DNA of 64,000 nucleotides. Source: Octopus sinensis. Its lineage: Eukaryota. Position 1 is the stretch's first letter. Each line of letters begins with the position of its first letter. The translations under genes and the position numbers were made by a program. Below are positions 26,707-38,652 of this stretch, one piece after another. The stretch spans positions 36,208,001-36,272,000 of the forward strand of contig NC_043006.1 in NCBI RefSeq assembly GCF_006345805.1, given 5' to 3'. The notes under the pieces were generated by a model that was not told where the DNA came from, searched no databases, and saw only the letters and a program-made list of their open reading frames with translations.

Positions 26707-27411
26707 TTCGTTTTTTCTCTTCCTATTCGTTACTTGTATAGAGCCCTGTAACTTTACGCCCCCTCCTCCTCCTTTACTTACGTCTTTAGCTTTCAGTTGC
26801 TTACAAGAGCGTTCCTTCCCCCCCTCCATGAATTTTGCTAATAGTCTATATGGATACAAGTGATTTTTGCATGCGAGCAAGATTGCGTATACATATGTGT
26901 ACATGCATCTGCGCACATCTATCTGTGTATGTTGATGTATATATGTATATTAATAGTTTAGTATTAATATGTACTGTTGTGAAATATTTTAATATATTTT
27001 AATATTTTAATTTCAATTTTTATGTATTAATTATATTTTCTACATTATTAATGACAATATGTATTTGGATCAAAGCTTCGATTTAAGGTTTTTCTTCGAT
27101 TTTTATAATTTTATATTTTATATTGAACTCATTTATTTGTTTTGTTTATTTTTGTTTATCGCTCGCATATGACCGTTATTTGAAAGTACCAATCAAACAA
27201 ATCCATTTTTAAAGGTGTAACGTTTATTCTAGTCTTGATAGAATTGTCATATCGGTTCTATTTTAACAAAACTGTCTGACGAATGGGAACTTGAAACTCC
27301 GAGTAACAGGTTTTGTTGATTTTCTGCTGCTTTTAAATAAAGCATATTACTCTACCCCTGGTATTTGAGTACTCTTTTTTCCACCTTGTTTCACATTTAT
27401 GTGTTTACTCC

Positions 27412-27414
<3 letters not shown>
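26700..27414 (+). mobile_element. Long Penelope-like tail, copy 1 (hammerhead at 27267-27315, stem II mismatched)
   Basis: Colinear with 31562-32197; AAATAAAG near the 3' end. Confidence 0.65.
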
Positions 27415-27442
<28 letters not shown>

Positions 27443-27444
<2 letters not shown>

Positions 27445-27859
27445 ATCTTTTCGGTTTGAACAGCAGTTTTTAACATAAATTCTAGGTAACTAAAAAATTT
27501 TTAACTTCGTATACTGGTAGAATGTGTTTATAAAACATCTTTTTTTCTTGGCTTTATTGAGAAACTTCTATAGTTTGTAAGATATTTGTTTTTTCTTCAA
27601 TTTCTGCAATTTCAACCAATCAAATACATCTATTGAGGTAAAAAGCATTCTGTGCCGTATGAATATGTCCCTCGTTTAAGAAACAGATTGGGTTTATTTA
27701 CATTTGTGAAGAAAAAAAGATACACTTCCCCCCACCTCTAACCCTAACCCTAACCCTAAAACAGATTGAAATGCAATAGATCGATACTAGGGTCATAATT
27801 ATGGGTGACAATTTCATATGATACCGCTAGAAAATCTGCCATTCAAACCGAAAAGATCC
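27443..27859. mobile_element. 417-bp non-autonomous DNA transposon with about 29-bp TIRs (GGATCTTTTCGGTTTGAA) and internal (CCCTAA)n
   Basis: TIR pair seen directly; inserted in (TA)n; homologous to the arms of 28136-28924. Confidence 0.85.
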
Positions 27860-28135
27860 TATATATATGTATATATATATATATATATATATACCAGATA
27901 TAAATTAGAGAATAAACCATAATTATGCAATTCAAACAATGATAGACATAAACCAAAGCATAAATAAAAAATAAAATATATTTTTATAAAACATATAAAC
28001 TAGATCAGAAAAAGCATAAAAATGAATAATCAATAGATAAGTAAAAAAAAACTATGTACGTTTCATGGCTATAATTTAATTCGAATTACAATTAAATTTA
28101 AATTTAATCGAAAATGAATTCAATTTAAAATTATT

Positions 28136-28924
28136 GGATCTTTTCCTTTTGAACGGCACTTTGTAACATAATTTCTAGGTAACTAAAAAGTTTTAAACTT
28201 CGTATACTGGTAGAATGTGTTTATAAAACATCATTTTCTCTTGGCTTTATTGAGAAAATTCTATAGTTTGTAAGATATTTCGTCTGAAATTTCGAGCATT
28301 TCGGCAATTTTAACCAATCGGTTACCTCCATTTAGGTAAATAACATTCTGTGCATAATGAATATGTCCCTCGTTTAAGAAACAGATTGGGTTTATTTACA
28401 TTTGTGAAGAAAAAAAGATACCCTTCCCCAACCCCTAACCCTAAATCTAAAATAGATTGAAATGCAATAGATCGATACTAGGCCATAATTATGGGTGACA
28501 TTTTCATTTGACACCGCTAGAAAAAAATCCCATTTTCCGTAGCGGTGTCGTATGAAATTGTCACCCATAATTATAACCCTAGTATCAATCTATTGCATTT
28601 CAATCTATTTTAGATTTAGGGTTAGAGTTAGGGTTAGTTAGGGTAAGGGTTAGGGTTAGGGGTTGGGGAAGGGTATCTTTTTTTCTTCACAAATGTAAAT
28701 AAACCCAATCGGAATGCTGTTTACGTCAATGGAGGTAATCGATTGGTTAAAATTGCCGAAATGCTCGAAATTTCAGACGAAATATCTTACAAACTATAGA
28801 ATTTTCGCAATAAAGCCAAGAGAAAATGATGTTTTATAAACACATTCTACCAGTATACGAAGTTTAAAACTTTTTAGTTACCTAGAAATTATGTTACGAA
28901 GTGCCGTTCAAAAGGAAAAGATCC
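28136..28924. mobile_element. 789-bp fold-back DNA transposon (arms about 385 bp, spacer about 20 bp), 8-bp TSD, MULE- or Merlin-like
   Basis: GG...CC termini; TSD AAATTATT at 28128-28135 and 28925-28932; (TTAGGG)-like tract at 28618-28665. Confidence 0.85.
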
Positions 28925-29959
28925 AAATTATTTTGTAGCTATGGATCAAAATGAACCGTGATAAATCTATTTGTTGATTGTAACTTTGTTTCTTTGTCAT
29001 TTTTCTTGGTCATTTTACTGCATTTCCTGAACGCCACCACTATTTCTACCGCTGCTGTTACCATCAGTCCCCCAAAACAGTAACACCGAAACGAACCCAA
29101 GAGGAAGAGTCCATGTAGCTGTTTAAGCCACAAGAAACTGCTGTCAAATTTGCCTCAAAAATTTCCCTACCAACTAAAAAATACCGGATAAATTCGGCCT
29201 GAATGTCAATCGAATGATGTGTTTTCGACACACAGAAATATGCCAACATGTGCGAAGCCATCAGAGAGCGACAGGAGATACGTACCGGCACGAAACTGTC
29301 TCTAAAATACCTACGAAGAAAAGTGTGTTCCAAAGTCTACAAAATCTTCACACAAATACAACCAAGCAACACCATTTATAAATATTCCAAAATCTTACAT
29401 GACTTTACGGAAAAAAAATAATAATAGTAACGAGAACAACCACAGCAATGATAAACGCTAAAAAAAATATCGTTATCTCCATTTTCAACGTCACAGTTCT
29501 GCACAAAATACATTTTTAAATATTTGCTTCATGCACAAAAATAAATTTTGTAAAATATAAAATGTTTTTTCTCAGTTCTTTAATGCAACATAAATAGTAT
29601 TAAACATTTTTATAGAACTAAAAGATTTTATCATTGCATACTACATTTAGGTTGCAATAATTCAGGAAATTGCTATCTGATCACAGACTATACGCTATTC
29701 CATATTACTCTCAGAACTGACTGCGCGGACTCTTTGACAACTGGAATGGTTTCATAACGTACATAAAAATTTCCATTCAATATATAAAAATCAGAAATAG
29801 CATTCGTAAACTAATAAGAGACGATAACTAAACTAGGAATATAAGCTTTCAAAATATAACAGTGAAAAATGATGCCATTTAAAATAAGCATATATGTATG
29901 TATAAATTGCATCCAGCCACCTTTATATATATATATATAGGATCTTTTCCTTTTGATGG

Positions 29960-29993
<34 letters not shown>

Positions 29994-30006
29994 TATATAT
30001 GGGTGT

Positions 30007-30064
<58 letters not shown>

Positions 30065-30203
30065 ATATTACAAGGTTTGGAGATAATGTACAGGTATTTT
30101 ATATTAGGAGAAATGAGGTACTCAGAAATTCGGATGGTTTTATATTTACAGATATTTATTTGTATATTACATGTTTTTATAATATATGTAATATACAAAT
30201 AAA

Positions 30204-30293
<90 letters not shown>

Positions 30294-30339
30294 TGTATGT
30301 ATGTATGTATGTATGTATGTATGTATGTATGCGTGCGTG

Positions 30340-30565
30340 TGTGTTATTGTGTCTGGGGAGAGTTATATGCTTCAACACACGAATTCACATAAAGAATCTT
30401 GCAAACCAAATACAAAAACGAAATATATATATAGCATATGGTATAAAAATAAACAGGGCAAATTTTAGCCATTTCTTCGCAGATTGAAAAAATGATGAAC
30501 AACCTTAATCGATTTTCGAACCTTATTAGGTTCTCATCAGAGGCGTCCACATCATTCTGACAATA
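30340..30565 (-). mobile_element. Penelope-like tail, minus strand, separate family
   Basis: Contains the canonical hammerhead at 30502-30544 followed by an AT-rich tail; boundaries approximate. Confidence 0.5.
30502..30544 (-). ncRNA. Minimal type-I hammerhead ribozyme, fully canonical core
   Basis: GCCU|CUGAUGA|GAACCU-AAUA-AGGUUC|GAA|AAUCGAUU|A|AGGU: 6-bp stem II closed by G10.1-C11.1, 8-nt palindromic stem III, UUA triplet, 4-bp stem I. Confidence 0.8.
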
Positions 30566-30566
30566 T

Positions 30567-30766
30567 AGACCGCGTGTGTACCGTTGGCGATTTTTTTCCC
30601 TCTGTCTTCCCTTCTCTGGATCTTTCCTTCTCCTATGCTTCCGACGAAGAGCTCCGCTCGAAACGTTAAACCCTCTTTCCTTCTTTCCTGAGCGTCCAAT
30701 AATACTATATTTGTTCCACGTCCTCACGTTGTTGTGTTTTTTTGTGCTTTCATGTTTGGATTAACA
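30567..30766 (+). mobile_element. Penelope-like tail (same family as 5202-5392), hammerhead with U4C at 30637-30671
   Basis: Near identity to 5202-5392; core reads CCGACGA. Confidence 0.7.
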
Positions 30767-30770
30767 ATAT

Positions 30771-30802
<32 letters not shown>

Positions 30803-30849
30803 GCAATAATAAATCTTTGAACGAGATGTAAACAGTAAGCGCTCGACAA

Positions 30850-31271
30850 CGTAAAGTATACTAGCCATCTCAATATGGCTAACCACTAGGGTAGGGTGTT
30901 ACTGTAGCTTTTTAGCCCCAGGAGATCATCGTCTCCAGCTGGCTTTAGACACAATTTCTGTGCCCTTATGATATTTGCAAAGGGAGGTCATCCCCTACTG
31001 GGAAAAACATTAAATAGATATTCGCAAACAGGTCTCTCCTCATCGAAAACCGGTGATTACCGTGAGTTGACAAGAGACAATAATCTCGAAACTGCAGTCC
31101 ATGTGTATCACTTAGGTTTACGAGAGGGGATGACCTCCCATTGCAAATATCATAAGGGCACAGAAATTGTGTCTAAAGCCAGCTGGAGACGATGATCTCC
31201 TGGGGCTAAAAAGCTACAGTAACACCCTACCCTAGTGGTTAGCCATATTGAGATGGCTAGTTTACTTTACG
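30850..31271. mobile_element. MITE with 147-bp near-perfect TIRs
   Basis: 30850-30996 vs 31125-31271, two mismatches seen; 128-bp spacer; no clear TSD. Confidence 0.9.
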
Positions 31272-31318
31272 CTATATATATATATATATGTGTGTGTATG
31301 TGTATATATATATATATA

Positions 31319-31389
<71 letters not shown>

Positions 31390-31489
31390 ATTTGTGTGTG
31401 TGTGTGTGTGTTGTGTGTGTGTGTGGTGTGTGTGTGTTCTTATATGTGTATTTATTGCTAATATACATTTTTATATACACATGTATACG

Positions 31490-32194
31490 TAATTTTATTT
31501 TGTATACGTTTGTTACGCATATTCAACCTCGTATCTTTCTATCTTGCTTTCCTCCGTTACGGAAATGTATTTTTTCTTCCCCTATCCGTTACTTGTATAG
31601 AGTCCTTTAAATTTGCGCGCCTCTTCTCTTCGCTAACTGTTACATATAAGAGCCTTCCCTTTTGTCTTTCTTTCCCCCTCTCTGCGTTTTACTTCTCGTC
31701 TATATGTATACACCAAGTGATTTTTGCATGCGGGCAAGATTGCGTACATATATATACATATGTATATGTGTATATGTGTGTATATTTACGTCTTACATAT
31801 ATATGTTTGCATATATATGTAGTCTGCGTATACCCATCTGTGTATTTTGATGTATATATGTATATTGATGGCTTAGTATGCGTATATACTGTTGTAAAAA
31901 ATTTTAATTTTTAATGTATTAATTGCATTAATCGAATTATATTTCATATATAATTATTGGCCATCTGTATTTTGAATCCGCTCTTCGATTTAAGGTTTTT
32001 CTTCGATTTTTATAATAGGATGAATTTATATTGAATTCATTTGTTTTGTATATTTTTTTCATTGCATGCTTAAGACCGTTATTTGAAAGGACCAATCGTT
32101 ATTTCTGTTCCATTTTAACAAAACTGTCTGATGAACGGGAACGTGAAACTCTGAGTAACAGCTTTTGTTATATTTCTGCTGCTTTTAAATAAAG

Positions 32195-32197
<3 letters not shown>
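31490..32197 (+). mobile_element. Long Penelope-like tail, copy 2
   Basis: Colinear with 26700-27414; ends TTTTAAATAAAG. Confidence 0.65.
32119..32167 (+). ncRNA. Type-I hammerhead ribozyme, core intact, extended stem I
   Basis: CAAAACUGU|CUGAUGA|ACG-GGAA-CGU|GAA|ACUCUGAGU|A|ACAG-C-UUUUG. Confidence 0.7.
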
Positions 32198-32250
<53 letters not shown>

Positions 32251-32436
32251 ATATATATATATATATATAATAAATTTATAAATAAAACATATGCATATAT
32301 ACATACATATATGTACGTACCTATCTCTACCTGTATATATACATGCATATATGGGTACAGGACACAAAAAAAAAAGCGTCGAAGACAATGAGAAACGAAA
32401 ACATAAACACAAAACCAAGGAAATGGACATTTTTCT

Positions 32437-32473
<37 letters not shown>

Positions 32474-32475
32474 GC

Positions 32476-32511
<36 letters not shown>

Positions 32512-32563
32512 GTGTGTGTATATATATATATGTATATACATATATATATATATGTATATGATA

Positions 32564-32623
<60 letters not shown>

Positions 32624-33322
32624 ATATGCATTCAAAAACGCGTAAACAAATTGAGAAACTAGAACATAAAAATCAAAAACATAGAAAATGAACTTTTTTC
32701 GAACAACGAAAGAAACAAATGGAGAAACGAGACAGGCAACATAAAGAACATACCTTTCATCAGTTGTCCCCTGTTTTATCTACTCAACATTTCGAAGATA
32801 GGGTCATATATATATATGAAATTTCGAATTTAGTTCACGGACCCCCAGAACTACCTTTGCAGACCACAGATTGGGAACCACTGTACAAACGGAATCTTAA
32901 ACTGATCGCCAACCCGTGTTATCTCAGATCAGTTCATGATAAAAGTAACCTGGTTCACAACTAACACAACTGTGTTACTCCGGATCAGTGATGAATGAAT
33001 TAGTGATAAACAAGGCTACGTGTAATAAAAATGACGTTAATATTATCACTAGAAAGTATTAAGGTCATTTTTGAAGAATATATCTGAAGTAGAGATCAAT
33101 TATTGATCAGTGTCAGACAACAGTCAGAAACTACTGCTGCAAACAATGGTCAAACACTGACTTATAGAGGAAGGTTAAAGGTTAGATTAAACTGATCGGC
33201 TGTCAATTGTTAAAGATATTGTAGAAGATAGAACATATTAAATAAGACAGACAGATATATAGACAGACAGACAAACAGATATATAGACAGACAGACAGAT
33301 AGATAGATAGATACATAGATAG

Positions 33323-33376
<54 letters not shown>

Positions 33377-33595
33377 GTAAGTACGTACGTCTAAAAACAT
33401 GAAATAGCCAATCACAGTTGCAACGCCGTTGACCATAGGGTTGCTTGTTCAGAGTACACCTGAGATTGCAAAATGCCCATAGCAATCAAATAATGAGTTA
33501 GTGGTGATAATGAGGGTGATGGCGGCGGCAACGGCAGTAGTGGTGGTGGTGCTTGTGAACTTAAGACCAACATGTTTTTTTTTGTTTGTCTAGAC

Positions 33596-33796
33596 CAGTG
33601 CTTTTCAACCTTTTTGCTGGAGCGGAACCCCAAGAAAACATTTCACTGGCTCGAGGAACCCCTGTGCAATAATTTAATTGTCTTATGCACACATATCTGC
33701 ACAGGAGAATTAAAAATTACTTTCGATTTTAGCATTTTTCTAACTTCTTGCGGAACCCCTGGACTGTACTGGCGGAACCCTGGTTGAAAACCACTG
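33596..33796. mobile_element. hAT (Charlie-like) MITE, 201 bp
   Basis: TIRs CAGTGCTTTTCAACC / GGTTGAAAACCACTG; 8-bp TSD GTCTAGAC / GTCTAAAC. Confidence 0.9.
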
Positions 33797-34619
33797 GTCT
33801 AAACCGTAGGGTGATTTGAATAAGATTTGGCTGCTTTTTCAGCCCAAGTTACAACATAGACACTCCTTCATTCATCAGTTTATGCTGTTGCTGCTGTTGA
33901 TAACAAAAGGGGTAGTAACGGGGGCAACGGTGCTGGTGTTATTTGATGTCATCGTTGTCGATTAACCCTTGTCAATCTTAGCTGGGTAGATCTATGATTT
34001 AAGAAAGACACCTCTTTTTTGATCCCCACCCCACCATAATGTGTTTCGTACACCATATTCTAATGTGCCTTCGCCTTTTTAAGACGGTAGGGTGTGGTTT
34101 CAGGGGTATTGGCAAACCTAGTGACTGTATAGTTAAAAAAATAAAGTAAATCCCTTAAAAACTACCGTCATAAGTCCCAAGGCGTTCCTTCGGTATTGGT
34201 CTACATAGTGTTGGTATGAGGAGATGACGTCATTTACCTTCTTTTTCAGCCTGGTCTCTTTATCTATGTCTTGAGGGAAGGTTGTGTAGGAGAATGACGT
34301 CATGTACAAATATCGAAGGATTGCCAATCCTCGTACTTTTAGGGCATGTTTCACAATAGCCATTGAATTGGACGCCGGTCCGTCGCAGAGTTACAGCTAA
34401 GGGGACTGGAACCATGTCAAAAGGGGTGTTTTGCTCAAGAATACAACGTACTGCCCAGTTCCCGGAATCGAAACCACGATCTTGCGATCATGAATGCAGC
34501 GCCTTCACCACTATGTCACGAGCCTTCACTGGCGACCGTATAGACGCTTGCTAGTTTGTATTTGTTGTCACAGCGGTGTTGCTTCTTTGCAATTTGCTAT
34601 TAAATGCTGCTACTGCTGC

Positions 34620-34748
34620 TCCTGTGGTGATGATGATGATGATGATGATGATGATGGTGGTGGTGATAATGATGATGATAATGATGATGATAATGATGAT
34701 GATGATGGGAGAAGGAGGAGGAGGACGACGACGACGATGACAGTGACA

Positions 34749-34785
<37 letters not shown>

Positions 34786-35132
34786 CGACGATGATGATGA
34801 TGATGACGACGATGATGATGATGATGACGAGGACTATGATGGCAATAATGACGTCGACGATGACGATGACGACGAGATCGACAACGACGATGATGATAAT
34901 AATGAAGGCGATGATGGTGATGATAATGATGATGAAGAAGAGGAGGAGATGCTGAAGCTGGGAAACGAGGATGTTTGCTTGAGAGATTTGTGATGTTGAT
35001 GCTGATGGTATTGATATTCCTTGTGGTGTTGACGGTGGTGATAGTGATGGTGATCGTGGCGGTGGAGATAGTGGTGGTGGTGGTGGTGGCGGCGGCGGCG
35101 GTGGTGGCGGCGGCGGCGGTGGTGGTCGCGGT

Positions 35133-35164
<32 letters not shown>

Positions 35165-35220
35165 CGGTGGTGGTCGCGGTGGTCGCGAAACTCATGATGT
35201 CGCTGCTGGAAGTGGTGATG
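34620..35220. repeat. Compound trinucleotide tract (GAT/GAC/GGT/GGC) with a 12-bp GGTGGTGGTCGC subarray
   Basis: Seen directly; similar mosaics at 8100-8520, 18985-19115, 20100-20420 and 25400-25880. Confidence 0.9.
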
Positions 35221-35627
35221 GTGCTCGGTATTAAATATTGCTGGCAAGAGAAGGAAATAGCTGATGTCTGGCATTGACAACTAGTGATATTTATTAATTA
35301 GAGAAACGATCAGTGGACAGGAGTTGAAGACAGTAAACATAGGATAATGCTTTGTTTTAGTTAACTGCCACCACTACGACGATGATGACGTATGTGACGA
35401 CGGCGACGTATGTGACGATGGCGACGACGCCGATGACGTAGACGACGATGTTGGATGATGACATCGACATTGTTTATAATGAAATTTGTTAGGAAAAAAC
35501 ACAATTACAGATATACAAACACACACACATACAACTCTCTCTCTCTCTCTCACACACTCTCTCTCTCTCTCTCTCTCTCTCTTTATATATGTGTGTGTGT
35601 GTTTATATAATAATAATAATAATAATA

Positions 35628-35682
<55 letters not shown>

Positions 35683-35683
<1 letters not shown>

Positions 35684-35882
35684 TCTTTCCACTGGAAGCA
35701 CAAGGCCTCAAATTTAGGGGAAAGGATTAAGTCGACTACATTGAGCCCAAAGCGTAACTGGTACTTATTTAATCGACGCCGAAAGGATGAAAGACAAAGT
35801 CGACCTCGGCAGAATTTGAACTCAGAATGCAAAGACAGACGAATTCGCCCGGCGCGCTAACGATTCTGCCAGCTCGCCGCCT
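35683..35882 (-). mobile_element. SINE family A monomer (tail B) inside an (AAT)n tract
   Basis: (AAT)n on both sides (about 35605-35682 and 35884-35930). Confidence 0.8.
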
Positions 35883-35891
35883 TTAATGATG

Positions 35892-35989
<98 letters not shown>

Positions 35990-36023
35990 TGTAGTAGTAG
36001 TAATGATAATAATAATAATAATA

Positions 36024-36580
36024 AATGCCCTGATGCAGTACCAGGCAGTGGCTCTCATGGCTTCTGATCTTAACTGATTGCAAGTGTTATCATGTACATT
36101 GTTTTGTCTTGGTATAAAAGATGGGCTACAGCAAATATTCTGCTCAATACCACAGATTTGCTTGTCAGGTGTTTGACCTTAACCAGTTGAGCATTTCCCT
36201 TAGTGGCTGACGATATGTGCATCTCTGATCACGAGCAGAAGTAGTGGGGGAGCATCATAGCCATGTGTTGAGAGGGATTCTTTGGGGTTTGAATAATTCA
36301 CCTCTGGAAACATGGGTGGTTCTTTCAACATCCTTAAACAATCCTTATTCAGGGACCTTTTGAGCGGGATGGGCTACTCAACCTGAAGAAAATTCTAACT
36401 GGGCCCCACCCGCAAGGTCATGTGCTGTTTATCTTGATATGAGATCACCATGTCGCGCACATATGGTTGTGATGCATGTGCCTGATGTACCTTTATCAGA
36501 CGGGTAGTCATGATGGGTATATTGGGCTTCGTATATTTTACCCCAGTGTCACTTTGATGGCATGAACTGCTCTCTCACTC
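36024..36580. mobile_element. 557-bp non-coding insert flanked by (AAT)n on both sides, class unresolved
   Basis: Sharp junctions with (AAT)n tracts; no ORF; single copy in this window. Confidence 0.5.
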
Positions 36581-37869
36581 AATAATAATAATAATAATAA
36601 TTAAGTAACCAGAAAATGGATATGGTATTAGTTTTTATTTTGTACGACGATCGTTTCAACCCATCCGGCTATTGTCCCTTATGGGTGGCACTCCGTGCAT
36701 CATGTTATGTTGCATCCGTTTTGCAGTCTGGTCACTTCAGGTACATCCATACATAAAGTGGTGTTTCGCTAAAGATCTTGAGTTTGGGCGGTCGTGTTTG
36801 TCAGACTGCAAAATGGATGCAACACAACATGATGCACTCATAAGGGATAGTAGCAGGATGGGTCGAAACGATCGTCGTAAAAAATAAAGATAGCAATTCC
36901 ATCTTCTGGTTACTTTAGGAATTATTATCTCAGCTAACACTGCGGAATTCCTGAAGTAGATCCAACAAAAATATACCCCAGCTGCGGATGACATTAGGTA
37001 GCCCAAACCATGCCGGCGCTTTAGTCAACACTTCAACACACTAATTGACATATACTCATTAGTGCAAAATATTACATAAATGTATGAGTGTGTATGTATG
37101 TATGTATGTATGTATGTATGTATGTATGTATGTATGTATGTATGTATGCATGCATGTATGTGTATGTGAGTGTGTGTGTGTCTATGTATGTGTGTGTGTG
37201 TATGTATGTGTGTGCATGTATGTATGTGTGTATGTATGTGTGTGTAACAGCACTCCGTCGCCGACAAGGTTTCCAATTACGACGACAGTTTCCAGTTGAT
37301 CCGGAATAGCTTTCTCGTGGTGCAAGCGGCTGAGCTCTCCACTGACACTTGTACCCTTAACGTAGTTCCCAGGAGTATTCAGTGGGGCATAAGATGTGAA
37401 AAGGCTGGCTCATTGAAATCCACGTGCAACTCATTTTTGTCAGCTGTGTGGAGTGGAGCAACGAAAAAGAAAGTGCTTTGCTCAAGAACATGACGCGCCG
37501 CCAGGAATTGAACTCATAACCTTATGATAATGAACCGAATACCCTAACCACTAAGCTACGTGCATGTATGTATGTATGTATGTATGTATTTATTATATTT
37601 TTACAAGAGCAAGAAAACTGGTGACAGAGCGTTCAAAGTTTCGGCCTGCTAGCCGTCATCGGACTGTGGTATATATATGGTATACATGCTTGTACATCTG
37701 CGTTTGTACCCCACAAGCACCGCTTGACGACCGGAGTTGATTGATTTACTTCTATTTAACTTAGCAATTCATAAAAAAACTTGTGGATTTGGGAATTTCG
37801 GATAAAGGATTTTCGACTGTATTTATCACTATCTCTCCCACGGGATTCATAGCTCGATGATCAGGGAGT

Positions 37870-38180
37870 CAATCCAGGTTGAGCCTTTACTTCTCCGCAT
37901 TGAGAGGTCACAGCCTCGGTACTACGGACATGAGAATGGAATGTCGTAGGAAGGAATCACAAGACAGATTCTTCAAGCCGAGCCAACTAAAAGGAAACTT
38001 TGGAGTAGACCAAGAACGAGATGCTTGGATAATAGCCATAGTCTCCATTGGTTACGCTTGAGAATCCAGAGGAGAAAACGTATTGAAGGTTGCTTCTGAT
38101 AGGACTTTATGGAGGAGATACCCGAGGACTTTACCACCGACGACCCTTCCAGGAATAGTAGGCGAAGATGGCTGAATGGA
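37870..38180 (+). pseudogene. RTE-clade (Rex3/Expander-like) LINE 3' end
   Basis: EPLLLRIERSQPRYYGH...QILQAEPTKRKLWSRPRTRCLD matches EPLLL.IERSQLRW.GH...GRRPRGRPRTRW.D. Confidence 0.75.
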
Positions 38181-38252
38181 CTCCCACCACTATCACTCTT
38201 CTAACTCTGCCGCCATCACAACAGTCATCATCACTAGGAACATTATCATATT

Positions 38253-38646
38253 ACTAGCAGTATCGCCCGGCGTTGCTCGGGTATGTTTCGACCCTTTAGA
38301 ATAGGTATTTTTGAAAAATAAAAACTTTGCATTATGTAGCTTGTTATTCTCTTTAAGTGAATATTTTCCAGGTTGAAATACACCGAAAAATGGCGACACA
38401 GCAGTCAAAAGATCGTAAAAAATAAGGATTTTCATAGAAAAAAAGCACCTTTTTGATGTAAATAATTTTTGGTGTTAACATGGTCCGATTTGAATTTTTT
38501 CTTCTACGGAAGGAAAAGCAAGCCTTCTTCTATTATACTCTCAATTTTGGTCAACTTGCGCCGCAGGGTCTCGGAGGAGATAGTGTTAGTTGAAGGCTAC
38601 CAAACCTGCCATACACAGAGAACTTCAGCTTTATATATAGAGAGAT
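38253..38646 (+). mobile_element. Helentron-associated non-autonomous element (HINE/Lep1-like)
   Basis: 5' ACTAGCAGTATCGCCCGGCGTTGCTCGGG with short hairpin and 3' CTTCAGCTTTATATATAGAGAGAT, a terminal pattern typical of this class; no TSD. Confidence 0.55.
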
Positions 38647-38652
38647 AAGCAT

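Noticed and set aside
28618-28665. (TTAGGG)n as a telomere or chromosome-fusion relic
   Set aside because: Short, degenerate and internal to a transposon arm
28939-29333. Two short minus-strand ORFs in unique sequence
   Set aside because: No domain similarity; could be UTR or intergenic
32700-32775. Minus-strand CTGATGAAAGG...CCT in a Penelope-like tail
   Set aside because: No GAAA follows the hairpin and no stem I or III can be drawn
34133-34363. 76-aa protein-like ORF on the minus strand
   Set aside because: No recognisable domain or convincing splice sites
34494-35280. Poly-Thr/His/Asp ORFs of 148-214 aa
   Set aside because: Trinucleotide tracts open in several frames, with no splice or homology support; the same applies to 20012-20447 and 25281-25879
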